Positions 35,963 through 44,253 of a DNA stretch of 64,000 nucleotides are shown here, piece after piece; position 1 is the first letter of the stretch; each line of letters opens with the position of its first letter. The notes below the pieces were generated by a model. The model saw only the letters and a program-made list of their open reading frames with translations, did no database searches and was not told the origin of the DNA. The stretch is from Dehalococcoidia bacterium (GTDB lineage Bacteria > Chloroflexota > Dehalococcoidia > Bin125), in contig JAJDYG010000040.1 of NCBI GenBank assembly GCA_022822855.1, positions 88,556 to 152,555 on the forward strand, written 5' to 3'. The position numbers and the translations under genes are program-made.

Positions 35963-36633
35963 GGAACGATGTTCCCTTCGTAGTCGGTCGCGTGCGTCGA
36001 GATGTCGCTGGAGATCTTATCGAAGGGGAACCAGCGGAACATCACCTCCCCGACGATCTGGTCTTCGTGAATCGGCCCGAAGGCGTGCGAGTCCTGGCTG
36101 CTGTTGCGATTGTCCCCCAGCACGAAGTAGTGCTCCGGCGGGATCACCGCCGGTCCCCACTGATAGCCCGGTGGCTCGAAGATGTAGTCGGTCTCGTTCA
36201 ACTCGACCCCGTTCACGAAGACCCGCCCGCGGACAACCTCGACCGTGTCGCCGGGCAGGCCGATCACTCGCTTCACGAAGTCGTGTGCGCTCTGATAGGG
36301 CGGACGGAAGATGATCACCGAGCCGCGATGCGGTCCGGAGAGCAGGAAGTCGCCGTTGCTGCGCCCGGGCACGAGAGCGTCGAACGGACCGAGGTCGACT
36401 TCCCAGTAGCCGATCTTGTTGACCAGCACGAGCTCGGAACTGGCCAGCGTCGGTTGCATCGAGCGGCCCTCGACCTGAAAGTTCTGCACCGCCTCGCGAG
36501 CCAGCAGGAAGACGATCAGCCCGAGGATCGCAGTCTCGATGATCTCTCGCAGCGCCCCGTACTGCAGCCTCATACGGTCGAGCTTATCCGCCCCTACCAT
36601 GAGTGAGAGCAAAGATATCTCCGTCATTCCCAC
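35959..36633 (-). CDS. lepB: Signal peptidase I
   Basis: GRSMQPTL (Ser box), KRVIGLPGD and GDNRNSSQDS (Lys/Asp boxes). Confidence 0.85.
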   Translation of the reverse strand: MGMTEISLLSLMVGADKLDRMRLQYGALREIIETAILGLIVFLLAREAVQNFQVEGRSMQPTLASSELVLVNKIGYWEVDLGPFDALVPGRSNGDFLLSGPHRGSVIIFRPPYQSAHDFVKRVIGLPGDTVEVVRGRVFVNGVELNETDYIFEPPGYQWGPAVIPPEHYFVLGDNRNSSQDSHAFGPIHEDQIVGEVMFRWFPFDKISSDISTHATDYEGNIVP

Positions 36634-36670
36634 GCGCGCGGGAATCTCAATCGGTGAGGGAGCGGTTCAG

Positions 36671-37606
36671 ATGAGAGCAGTGCGGTTGTCGACGGAGGGT
36701 CCGATCATTTGGCCCGACATGGACGCGCGCATGGGAGACAACATCAACGGCCCTTCATTGATCCGCGCGCCCGAGTGGCTGCCCAATCGGCTGGCTGAGT
36801 ACTACCTCTACTTCGCGGACCACAAGGGCTCCTACATCCGGCTCGCCGTCGCCGACGATCTGTTGGGCCCGTGGCGCACGCACGAGCCCGGAGCCCTGCA
36901 ACTCGCGCAGACCGTCTTCCCCAAGTCGGCCGACGAGTTCGACCCAGGGCTCGGACCTGCCCAGAAGAAGGGTCACGTCTACCCGCACATCGCCTCGCCC
37001 GACGCCATCGTCGACGACCAGGCGCAGCAGATCCGGCTCTACTTCCATGGTCAGCTCTACGACGGGCGTCAGGTCTCACGGGTGGCGACATCAAGCGACG
37101 GGATCGACTTCGAAGCGGGAGAGGAAATCCTCTCGACCAGCTACCTGCGGATGATTCATCTCGATAACGTCGACGAGCCTGGCTGGTACGGGATGTCCAT
37201 GCCGGGCATTCTCTACCGCTCCGAGGACGGACTGTGCGGATTCGAACAAGGTCCGCAGCTCTTCGCCGACACGATGCGTCACTGCGCGTTGATGCGCCGC
37301 GGCAGCACGCTCTGGGTGTTCTGGTCCAATGCCGGAGACGCTCCGGAGCGGATCTACACCTCGCCGATAGAGCTGACGGGAGACTGGCGCTCATGGACGG
37401 CAGGCGACCACCGCGAGGTGCTGCGTCCCATCTATGACTGGGAGGGCGCCGCATTGCCGATCGCCCCGAGCCTGCGCGGCTTCGCGCCGGAGCCGGTCCA
37501 CGAGCTGCGAGACCCGGCGATCTTCGAGGACAGCGGCGCCGCCTATCTGCTCTACACGGTTCAGGGCGAGCGCGGGATCGGCATCGCGCAGCTCGATGCC
37601 GGGTAG
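36671..37606 (+). CDS. Hypothetical beta-propeller protein, possibly of the GH43/GH130 furanosidase-like superfamily
   Basis: Start at the internal ATG (MRAVRLSTEGPIIWPDM...). NGPSLIRAPEW and HVYPHIASPD resemble blade motifs of 5-bladed propeller glycosidases. This is a weak assignment. Confidence 0.4.
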   Translation: MRAVRLSTEGPIIWPDMDARMGDNINGPSLIRAPEWLPNRLAEYYLYFADHKGSYIRLAVADDLLGPWRTHEPGALQLAQTVFPKSADEFDPGLGPAQKKGHVYPHIASPDAIVDDQAQQIRLYFHGQLYDGRQVSRVATSSDGIDFEAGEEILSTSYLRMIHLDNVDEPGWYGMSMPGILYRSEDGLCGFEQGPQLFADTMRHCALMRRGSTLWVFWSNAGDAPERIYTSPIELTGDWRSWTAGDHREVLRPIYDWEGAALPIAPSLRGFAPEPVHELRDPAIFEDSGAAYLLYTVQGERGIGIAQLDAG

Positions 37607-37628
37607 CCTGGCTAGTTGAGGCTCCAGA

Positions 37629-38291
37629 GTGGACGTGGCGCGTGCGTACTATCCCGTCTTCTTCGACCTCAGCGGCCGCTCGGTGTTGGTTACCGGTGGA
37701 GGCCGGCTGGCGCTCGAGAAGGTCAGGGGCCTACTTGCCGCCGAGGCAAGGGTCACGGTCGTCGCATCCGCTCTCAACGAAGAACTGACCGCACTCCGCG
37801 ATGCCGGACAGATCAAGCACCTGGCTCGCGACTATCGGAATGGCGACATGCAGGGCCGAGCCCTGGTCATGGCTGCCGGCGACGACCCGTCCGACAACGC
37901 GGCGCTACATGCCGATGCCCGAGCCATCGGAGTCCCACTCAACGCCGCCGACGATCCCGCCAACTGCGACTTCATCCTGCCTGCGATCGTGCGCAAACCA
38001 CCGCTAACTCTGGCAATCTCGACCGGCGGCGGCAGTCCGGCCGTGGCTCGCCGAGTCCGGGAGGAACTGTCCGATTACCTGGACGCCGAAACTTCGAGCC
38101 TGGCCGAACTCGTCGCCGAGGTGAGAGCCGAGCTCCGGGAGCAAGGTTCATTCGGTTCGATTCCGTCTGAAGCTTGGCAGTCGGCCATGAACAGCCAGGT
38201 CAGAATTCTCCTCGCCCAACGCCGGCGCGATGAGGCCAAGGCGCTGCTGCTAGTCACACTCAATGAGGCGATCCCGGCCGCGGACGAATGA
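37629..38291 (+). CDS. Precorrin-2 dehydrogenase / sirohydrochlorin ferrochelatase (SirC/Met8, CysG N-domain-like)
   Basis: YPVFFDLSGRSVLVTGGGRLALEKVRGLLAAEARVTVVA is the Rossmann start of siroheme synthase N-domains. Confidence 0.75.
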   Translation: MDVARAYYPVFFDLSGRSVLVTGGGRLALEKVRGLLAAEARVTVVASALNEELTALRDAGQIKHLARDYRNGDMQGRALVMAAGDDPSDNAALHADARAIGVPLNAADDPANCDFILPAIVRKPPLTLAISTGGGSPAVARRVREELSDYLDAETSSLAELVAEVRAELREQGSFGSIPSEAWQSAMNSQVRILLAQRRRDEAKALLLVTLNEAIPAADE

Positions 38292-39193
38292 CGATGACCA
38301 GGACCCTCCTGCTCGGCGGCCGGGCGAGCAAACTCTCGCGGGTACAGGCCACACTGGCCTCAGAGGCCTTGGCGGCGATTGGGATCGCGACCGAATTTGT
38401 CCCGATCACGACCCAGGGTGACCGCGACCGCACGTCGAGTTTGCGCATGATCGGCGGACAGGGCGTATTCGTCCGGGCGGTCGAATCAGCATTGCTTGAC
38501 CATGAGATCGACGTGGCCGTGCACTCGGCCAAGGATGTCCCTCCAACCATCGCGGACGGCACATCGCTGGCTGCCTATCTGCCACGCGCCGATGTCCGCG
38601 ACGCCCTGGTCAGCCAGACCGGTGGCGGCCTAGTTGACCTGGCTGAGGGCGCGAACGTAGGTACGGGATCGCGGCGTCGAGCTGCCCAGTTGCTCCGCCT
38701 GCGTCCGGACCTGAGTGTCAGCGATATCCGGGGAAACGTCGACACCCGGATTGGCAAGGTCGAATCAGGTGAGTATGACGCCGTCGTCGTTGCAGCAGCG
38801 GGACTCCAGAGGCTGGACAGCCCTCCGTCTGAGCTGATTCCGATCGACCTGATGATGCCGTCCCCCGGACAGGGCGCACTGGTGATCCAATGCCGATCCG
38901 AAGATGCCAAACAGTTCTCGGCTGCGAACCACAAACCCACCGCCCAGGCCGTGTCGGCAGAACGAGCCATGCTGCGCTCCCTGGGAGCGGGCTGCTCGCT
39001 TCCCCTCGCCGCCCTCGGCGGCGCGCGAGGCGGTGAGGTCTTGCTCGCCGGACGCCTGCTGAGCGCGGATGGATCCGAGCGGATCGAGATACAACGCTCC
39101 GGCGAGGATCCGGAGGCGGTCGGGGCAGAGGTAGCGGAGACGCTGCTCGAACGCGGCGGCCGGCGTTTGATCGAAGAGGACGCGACCCCGTGA
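38288..39193 (+). CDS. hemC: Hydroxymethylbilane synthase (porphobilinogen deaminase)
   Basis: LLLGGRASKLSRVQA, AVHSAKDVP, IRGNVDTRIGK, GAGCSLPLAA (cofactor Cys). Confidence 0.9.
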   Translation: MTMTRTLLLGGRASKLSRVQATLASEALAAIGIATEFVPITTQGDRDRTSSLRMIGGQGVFVRAVESALLDHEIDVAVHSAKDVPPTIADGTSLAAYLPRADVRDALVSQTGGGLVDLAEGANVGTGSRRRAAQLLRLRPDLSVSDIRGNVDTRIGKVESGEYDAVVVAAAGLQRLDSPPSELIPIDLMMPSPGQGALVIQCRSEDAKQFSAANHKPTAQAVSAERAMLRSLGAGCSLPLAALGGARGGEVLLAGRLLSADGSERIEIQRSGEDPEAVGAEVAETLLERGGRRLIEEDATP

Positions 39194-40728
39194 GCTCCTA
39201 CCAGGCTGAGATCCATCCCGTGATTCTGGTCGGCGCGGGCCCCGGCGATCCACGGTTGATCACACTCGCCGGAGCCGAGGCGTTGCAACAGGCCGAGGTC
39301 GTCCTGCACGATCGCCTGGTCTCGCCGATGCTGCTCCAACTCGCCAAAGATGCGGAACTAGTCAACATCGGCAAGACGCCGGGCGGGTCAGCCACTCCCC
39401 AGGGCCAGATCAACCGCATGCTGATCGACTTCGCCCGTCGGGGCCGCCGGGTCGTGCGATTGAAGGGCGGCGATCCACTCGTTTTCGGACGCGGCGGTGA
39501 GGAAGCATCCGCTCTCACAACGTCGGGAATCCCGATCCAACTGGTGCCCGGCGTCTCCAGCGCGACCGCTGCCGCGGCGGCCTTTGGGATCGCGGTGACC
39601 GATCGGCGAGTTGCCTCCGCAGTAACCGTGGTGACCGGATCGGAAGGGGACGGAGACGCACCGCCCGTCGACTGGGAAGCCGTCGCCCGCGTCGGAGGCA
39701 CGATCGTTGTGATGATGGGCTGGCGCAACTTTGACGAGATCGCCCACCGGCTGATCGACGCGGGCTTGCCAGCGGATACACCGTCCGCCGCGATCGAGCA
39801 GGCCTGGACCACGTCCCAGCGCGCCACCTTCGCCCCGCTGAGCGAACTCAAGGGTTGCGCGGCCGAAATGCAGCCTCCGGTCACGGTCGTCATTGGAGCT
39901 GTGACCTCGTTGGCGACGCCGGAAGCATCCTGGAGCACCATGGGGCGGCGCGTACTCGTGACCCGGGCGGCTACCCAGGCGGACTCGCTAGTTGAGCGGC
40001 TGGGCGCGCTCAATGCAGAGGTCGTGCGATTGCCGACGATTGAGATCAAACCAGCGGGGCGCGAACCGATCGACAACACCATCCAGCGATTGGCGGACGG
40101 CCACTACGACATCGTGTGCTTGACCAGCGTCAACGGAGTGATCCAGCTCTGGGACGCGCTGCGCCGCAACGGACTCGACGCGAGGGCGCTGGCCCGGACG
40201 CGGGTCGCCGCGATTGGCAGCGAAACGGCGCGAGCGCTGGCTGAGCGCGGCCTCTCCCCCGATATCGTGGCAAGCCCCTTCACGTCGGCGGCATTGGCGG
40301 ATGCCATGACTCGCGAGGACCTGACCGGCAAACAGGTGCTGCTCGCTCGAGCTGCCCAGTCGAACCCACTGCTGACTGAGAGGCTCAAGGATGCCGGGGC
40401 CGAGGTGGATGATGTGGCGCTCTACGACATCGTCACGCCTCCGGCCGATCCGGAGGCGCTGGCCGAGCTGAAACGAGGCGTTGATGTGGTGACCTTGACA
40501 TCGCCCTCGACCGCCCGCGGACTGCTGGAGCTGGCCGGCGGCCTCGTCGATTTAGACTCTCTGCATACCGTCTGCATCGGCCCGGTCACCGCTGAGGCGG
40601 CCCGCCAGCTCGGTTTTCGCGTCGTGGCGAGTGCCGAGACGCACACCATCGAAGGCTTGGCCCAGGAGGTCGGGCGATACATCGCCAGCCTGGGACCACC
40701 CGGCGATCCGGAACTGGAATCAGCATGA
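39190..40728 (+). CDS. Bifunctional uroporphyrinogen-III C-methyltransferase / uroporphyrinogen-III synthase (CobA-HemD fusion)
   Basis: N-terminus VILVGAGPGDPRLITLAG...GGDPLVFGRGGEE (SUMT). The C-terminal half (VLVTRAATQADSLVERL...) is HemD-like. 512 aa. Confidence 0.85.
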   Translation: MSSYQAEIHPVILVGAGPGDPRLITLAGAEALQQAEVVLHDRLVSPMLLQLAKDAELVNIGKTPGGSATPQGQINRMLIDFARRGRRVVRLKGGDPLVFGRGGEEASALTTSGIPIQLVPGVSSATAAAAAFGIAVTDRRVASAVTVVTGSEGDGDAPPVDWEAVARVGGTIVVMMGWRNFDEIAHRLIDAGLPADTPSAAIEQAWTTSQRATFAPLSELKGCAAEMQPPVTVVIGAVTSLATPEASWSTMGRRVLVTRAATQADSLVERLGALNAEVVRLPTIEIKPAGREPIDNTIQRLADGHYDIVCLTSVNGVIQLWDALRRNGLDARALARTRVAAIGSETARALAERGLSPDIVASPFTSAALADAMTREDLTGKQVLLARAAQSNPLLTERLKDAGAEVDDVALYDIVTPPADPEALAELKRGVDVVTLTSPSTARGLLELAGGLVDLDSLHTVCIGPVTAEAARQLGFRVVASAETHTIEGLAQEVGRYIASLGPPGDPELESA

Positions 40729-41753
40729 CCAGCGCGCAGCACTCACTGAGCGGGATCGACGCCGGCAGCATCCCGAGCGCACACCGGATGCGCCGCCTGC
40801 GTCGCTCGGACGGCCTGCGGCGCATGGTGCGCGAGACCCGTCTGTCGCCCACGAACTTCATCTATCCCGTTTTTGCCACCACAGGACGCGGCGTGCGCGA
40901 GCCGATTCCCTCGATGCCAGGACAATCGCGTCTTTCGGTCGATCAGCTCGCCCAGGAAGCGGCAGAGCTTCGCTCACTGGATATCCCGGCGATCCTGCTG
41001 TTCGGCCTGCCGGACTCCAAGGATCCGGAAGGCAGCGGCGCCTGGATTTCCGACGGCGTCATCCAGCAAGCGACCAGGGCGCTCAAAGACGCGCAACCTG
41101 ACCTCGTCGTCGTGACCGACGTCTGCCTCTGCGAGTACACCGACCACGGCCACTGCGGCGTCCTCGATGCTGAGGGTTCGGTGATCAACGATGCCTCGGT
41201 CGAGCTTCTGGCGCGGACGGCGCTCAGTCAGGCCGATGCCGGCGCAGACGTGATCGCGCCCTCGGACATGATGGATGGGCGGATCGGCGTCATCCGCCGA
41301 GCCCTCGACCAGCAGGGCTTCGAAGAGCGGACGCTGCTCGCCTATTCGGCCAAGTTCGCCTCCGCCTTCTACGGTCCGTTCCGCGACGCCGCCGACTCGG
41401 CGCCCCAGTTTGGTGACCGGCGCGCCTATCAGATGGACCCGCCCAACGGCCGCGAAGCGATGCGCGCCATCGAGCGCGACCTCGCCGAAGGGGCGGATAT
41501 GGTCATGGTCAAACCGGCGCTGGCCTATCTCGACCTGGTGCGCGAGGCGCGGCAGCGATTCGACGCGCCGCTCGCCGCCTACAACGTCAGCGGCGAGTAC
41601 GCCATGCTCAAGGCAGCCGCCGCGAACGGCTGGATTGACGAGGAGCGGGTCGTACTCGAGACCCTGACCGGGATCCGTCGCGCCGGCGCCGACATGATCC
41701 TCACCTACCACGCCAAGGAGGCCGCCCGTTGGTTGGCCCGCCAGGGCGGCTGA
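40725..41753 (+). CDS. hemB: Porphobilinogen synthase (delta-aminolevulinate dehydratase)
   Basis: IYPVFA, DVCLCEYTDHGHCG, VMVKPALAYLD, YNVSGEYAM. Confidence 0.9.
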   Translation: MTSAQHSLSGIDAGSIPSAHRMRRLRRSDGLRRMVRETRLSPTNFIYPVFATTGRGVREPIPSMPGQSRLSVDQLAQEAAELRSLDIPAILLFGLPDSKDPEGSGAWISDGVIQQATRALKDAQPDLVVVTDVCLCEYTDHGHCGVLDAEGSVINDASVELLARTALSQADAGADVIAPSDMMDGRIGVIRRALDQQGFEERTLLAYSAKFASAFYGPFRDAADSAPQFGDRRAYQMDPPNGREAMRAIERDLAEGADMVMVKPALAYLDLVREARQRFDAPLAAYNVSGEYAMLKAAAANGWIDEERVVLETLTGIRRAGADMILTYHAKEAARWLARQGG

Positions 41754-41825
41754 ACTGTCGAACCGGACTCGGGATAGCCTGAACCACCGCCAAATTCAAA
41801 TGCCATCCCTTACCTGAGGAGCCGC

Positions 41826-42638
41826 ATGAGCGACACCAGCACCGAAACGCCCGCCGAGCCCGCTCCGCCCACCGTCGGACCTGACGAAGCCGTCAACACC
41901 GTTCGCGCGGTCGCATTCGACTGCTATGGCACGCTGTTGCAACTCGAAGAGCGGCAGTTCGCGTCGCTGATCCAGGAGATGCTGCATCAGCACGGCGTCG
42001 ACCACGCGACCGGTGAAGACGTCTGGGACGCTTGGCTAGAGGCCTCGCGCGAAATGTCCAGGCGCGAAGGCCGAAACCCCGAGCGCCCGCTCGAAGGCCC
42101 GGAGCCGACCTTCCGCCCGTTTTCGGAGACCTGGCCCTACTTCTTCAGCGAGGCGTTCAAGCACCATTCAGTTGAGACGATTCCGCCCGCCACCGCATTC
42201 CAACACCTCTGGGACGTGCTCTCGGTCGCGCCGGCGTATCCGGAGGTGGCTCCGGTCTTCTCTGAGTTGCAGGAACGCGGGTACAGAATCGCAATCGGCA
42301 GCAATGCAGATGACGATCATCTCGAACACGCACTGGAGGAGGCGGGGATCGCGGTCGAGATGGTGCTCTCCTCGGAGGAGGCGAAGTCATACAAGCCGCG
42401 CAGGCCGTTCTTCGAGCAACTCTGTGAGCGGCTCGCGTTGGAGCCCTGTGAGGTGCTCTACGTCGGCGACAGCCCCTGGGCCGACGTCACCGGAGCCAAT
42501 CATGCCGGCCTGCCGGTCTACTGGGTCTCGCGCTATCCCGACCCCGACCGCGAGAAAATGATGCGCTCGCAGCCGACCTGGAGCGGCTCCGATCTGACCG
42601 GCATTCTGGAGGCGCTGCCCACTCAAGCCCCGGCCTGA
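41826..42638 (+). CDS. HAD-superfamily hydrolase (haloacid dehalogenase-like, subfamily IA)
   Basis: AVAFDCYGTLL (motif I DxYGT), SYKPRRPFF, and VGDSPWADVTGANHAG (motif IV). Confidence 0.75.
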   Translation: MSDTSTETPAEPAPPTVGPDEAVNTVRAVAFDCYGTLLQLEERQFASLIQEMLHQHGVDHATGEDVWDAWLEASREMSRREGRNPERPLEGPEPTFRPFSETWPYFFSEAFKHHSVETIPPATAFQHLWDVLSVAPAYPEVAPVFSELQERGYRIAIGSNADDDHLEHALEEAGIAVEMVLSSEEAKSYKPRRPFFEQLCERLALEPCEVLYVGDSPWADVTGANHAGLPVYWVSRYPDPDREKMMRSQPTWSGSDLTGILEALPTQAPA

Positions 42639-42649
42639 CCACCGCGAAC

Positions 42650-42780
42650 GCGTATTGTCCACACACTATCCACCGGGCATCGGACCGCTGCCTGAAGTTG
42701 TCCGCGTATCAGATACAATAGCTACATATCGATAACCTAAGTGATCAATACTTGGGAATCGGAACGCGATCCGAATCGGG
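42650..42780. promoter_or_regulatory. DnaA-box-like motifs plus an AT-rich tract upstream of dnaN (dnaN promoter/operator region, or a candidate oriC fragment)
   Basis: TTGTCCACA (42655-42663), CTATCCACC (42666-42674) and TTGTCCGCG (42698-42706), compared with the consensus TTATCCACA. These are followed by a locally AT-rich stretch, about 42700-42770. Confidence 0.35.
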
Positions 42781-42789
42781 AGCGGCGCG

Positions 42790-43938
42790 ATGCGCATTCA
42801 GACATCTCAGGCGGCGCTGCAGCACGGGCTCAGCGTCGTGTCCCGGGCGGTGGCCGCCCGGCATTCACTCGATCAACTGCGGCACGTTCATCTGGAGGCA
42901 GACGACGACGGCGTTCGCCTGACAGCGACCGACACCGAGATCGCGATGATCTGCGGCATCGACGCCGTGGTCTCCGAGCCAGGCGCCATCACTGTTCCCC
43001 ATCGCTTCATCAACGATCTCGTTTCGGCTCTCTCCTCGGCCGAGATCACGGTCGATGTAGCCGACGGATCGCTCGTCGCACAGATTCGCGCGACCGATGC
43101 GAACGAATCGTCGATACACGGGATGTCGTCGACGACGTATCCGAACATCCCGGGCATCGGCGAGGGCGACTGGATCAAGATTGTTGCCCGAGACCTGCGC
43201 GAGGCTCTGCGCCACGTCGTATTCGCCGCCGCAACCGACGACGGCCGGCCCGTGCTCACCGGCGTCCATTTCCGCTTCGAGGGCGACAAGATGACCCTCG
43301 CCGCAGCCGACGGATTCCGCCTCGCGGTCTATGACATGAACGTGGCCTCGGAGTTGGCTGAGCGCTTGGAGATCACCGTCCCGGCGCGCGCCCTCAACGA
43401 GCTGGAACGCTTGCTCACAGACGACGACTCGGCAGTCGAGATGTACATCCACGCCGACCGCACCTATGTCCGCTTCCACGTCCGCTCGGTCCAGATGACG
43501 GCGCAACTGATCCAGGGCAACTACCCCAGCTACGACCAGTTGATTCCCTCCGAGTATCAGACCCGGGCAATCCTGCCGGGATCCGTCTTGCAGGGTGGCG
43601 TGCGTTCGGCGGCGGTGTTCGCGCGCGAGTCCAGCGGCATCATCCGGCTAATCTTCAGCGGCGAGGCCTCCGACCAGAGCATCACCTTGACTGCGCGAGC
43701 GGAAGAACTGGGCAACCACCGCGGCCGGGTCGATGCGGTCATCGAGGGCGAGACCTCACGGATCGCCTACAACGTGCGCTACCTGCAGGATGTTCTCCAG
43801 ATCGCGAGCGGACCCTCATCGGCTGAAATCGCCATGGAGACGAGCGGTCCCAGCAATCCCGGTGTCTTCCGGGTCGTCGGACGCGACAACTATGTCCACG
43901 TGCTGATGCCGATGTTCGTGCAATGGGAGGACGCTTAG
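42790..43938 (+). CDS. dnaN: DNA polymerase III beta subunit (sliding clamp)
   Basis: 382 aa; three-domain clamp pattern (RFHVRSVQMTAQLIQGNYPSYDQLIP, LMPMF C-terminus). Confidence 0.9.
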   Translation: MRIQTSQAALQHGLSVVSRAVAARHSLDQLRHVHLEADDDGVRLTATDTEIAMICGIDAVVSEPGAITVPHRFINDLVSALSSAEITVDVADGSLVAQIRATDANESSIHGMSSTTYPNIPGIGEGDWIKIVARDLREALRHVVFAAATDDGRPVLTGVHFRFEGDKMTLAAADGFRLAVYDMNVASELAERLEITVPARALNELERLLTDDDSAVEMYIHADRTYVRFHVRSVQMTAQLIQGNYPSYDQLIPSEYQTRAILPGSVLQGGVRSAAVFARESSGIIRLIFSGEASDQSITLTARAEELGNHRGRVDAVIEGETSRIAYNVRYLQDVLQIASGPSSAEIAMETSGPSNPGVFRVVGRDNYVHVLMPMFVQWEDA

Positions 43939-43975
43939 CTCGGCCCAGCGACGTCGTGCTGCATCGAGGTGCATC

Positions 43976-44236
43976 GTGGCCGAATGGGAGATCAAGGCGG
44001 TTGGCCGCGACCGTGCCGGCAACTCGCTCTCGTTCTGCGGGGACGAACCCTTCAACTGGCAGGTCTGGATCCACGACCTGATCGATGACATCGAGGGCGG
44101 CCGCCACTCCTATGTTGTGAACGGCCCCTTCGGCGACCGCGTCGACGTGGTCATCTCAGTGGAATCGCAGGGCAAGATCGTGCGTACCCACCCTGACGCC
44201 GGCGATGATCTGCTGCCCCAACTGCCCCGCTGCTGA
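43976..44236 (+). CDS. Small hypothetical protein (86 aa), possibly DUF3892-like
   Basis: Good codon bias and a compact acidic sequence; located between dnaN and addB. Confidence 0.4.
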   Translation: MAEWEIKAVGRDRAGNSLSFCGDEPFNWQVWIHDLIDDIEGGRHSYVVNGPFGDRVDVVISVESQGKIVRTHPDAGDDLLPQLPRC

Positions 44237-44253
44237 CGGAGACCGCGACCGAC

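Noticed and set aside
34406-35983. 525-aa + strand ORF
   Set aside because: Runs antisense across the UDG and pyrE genes and in-frame noise of the membrane-protein gene. Arg/Pro/Gly-rich.
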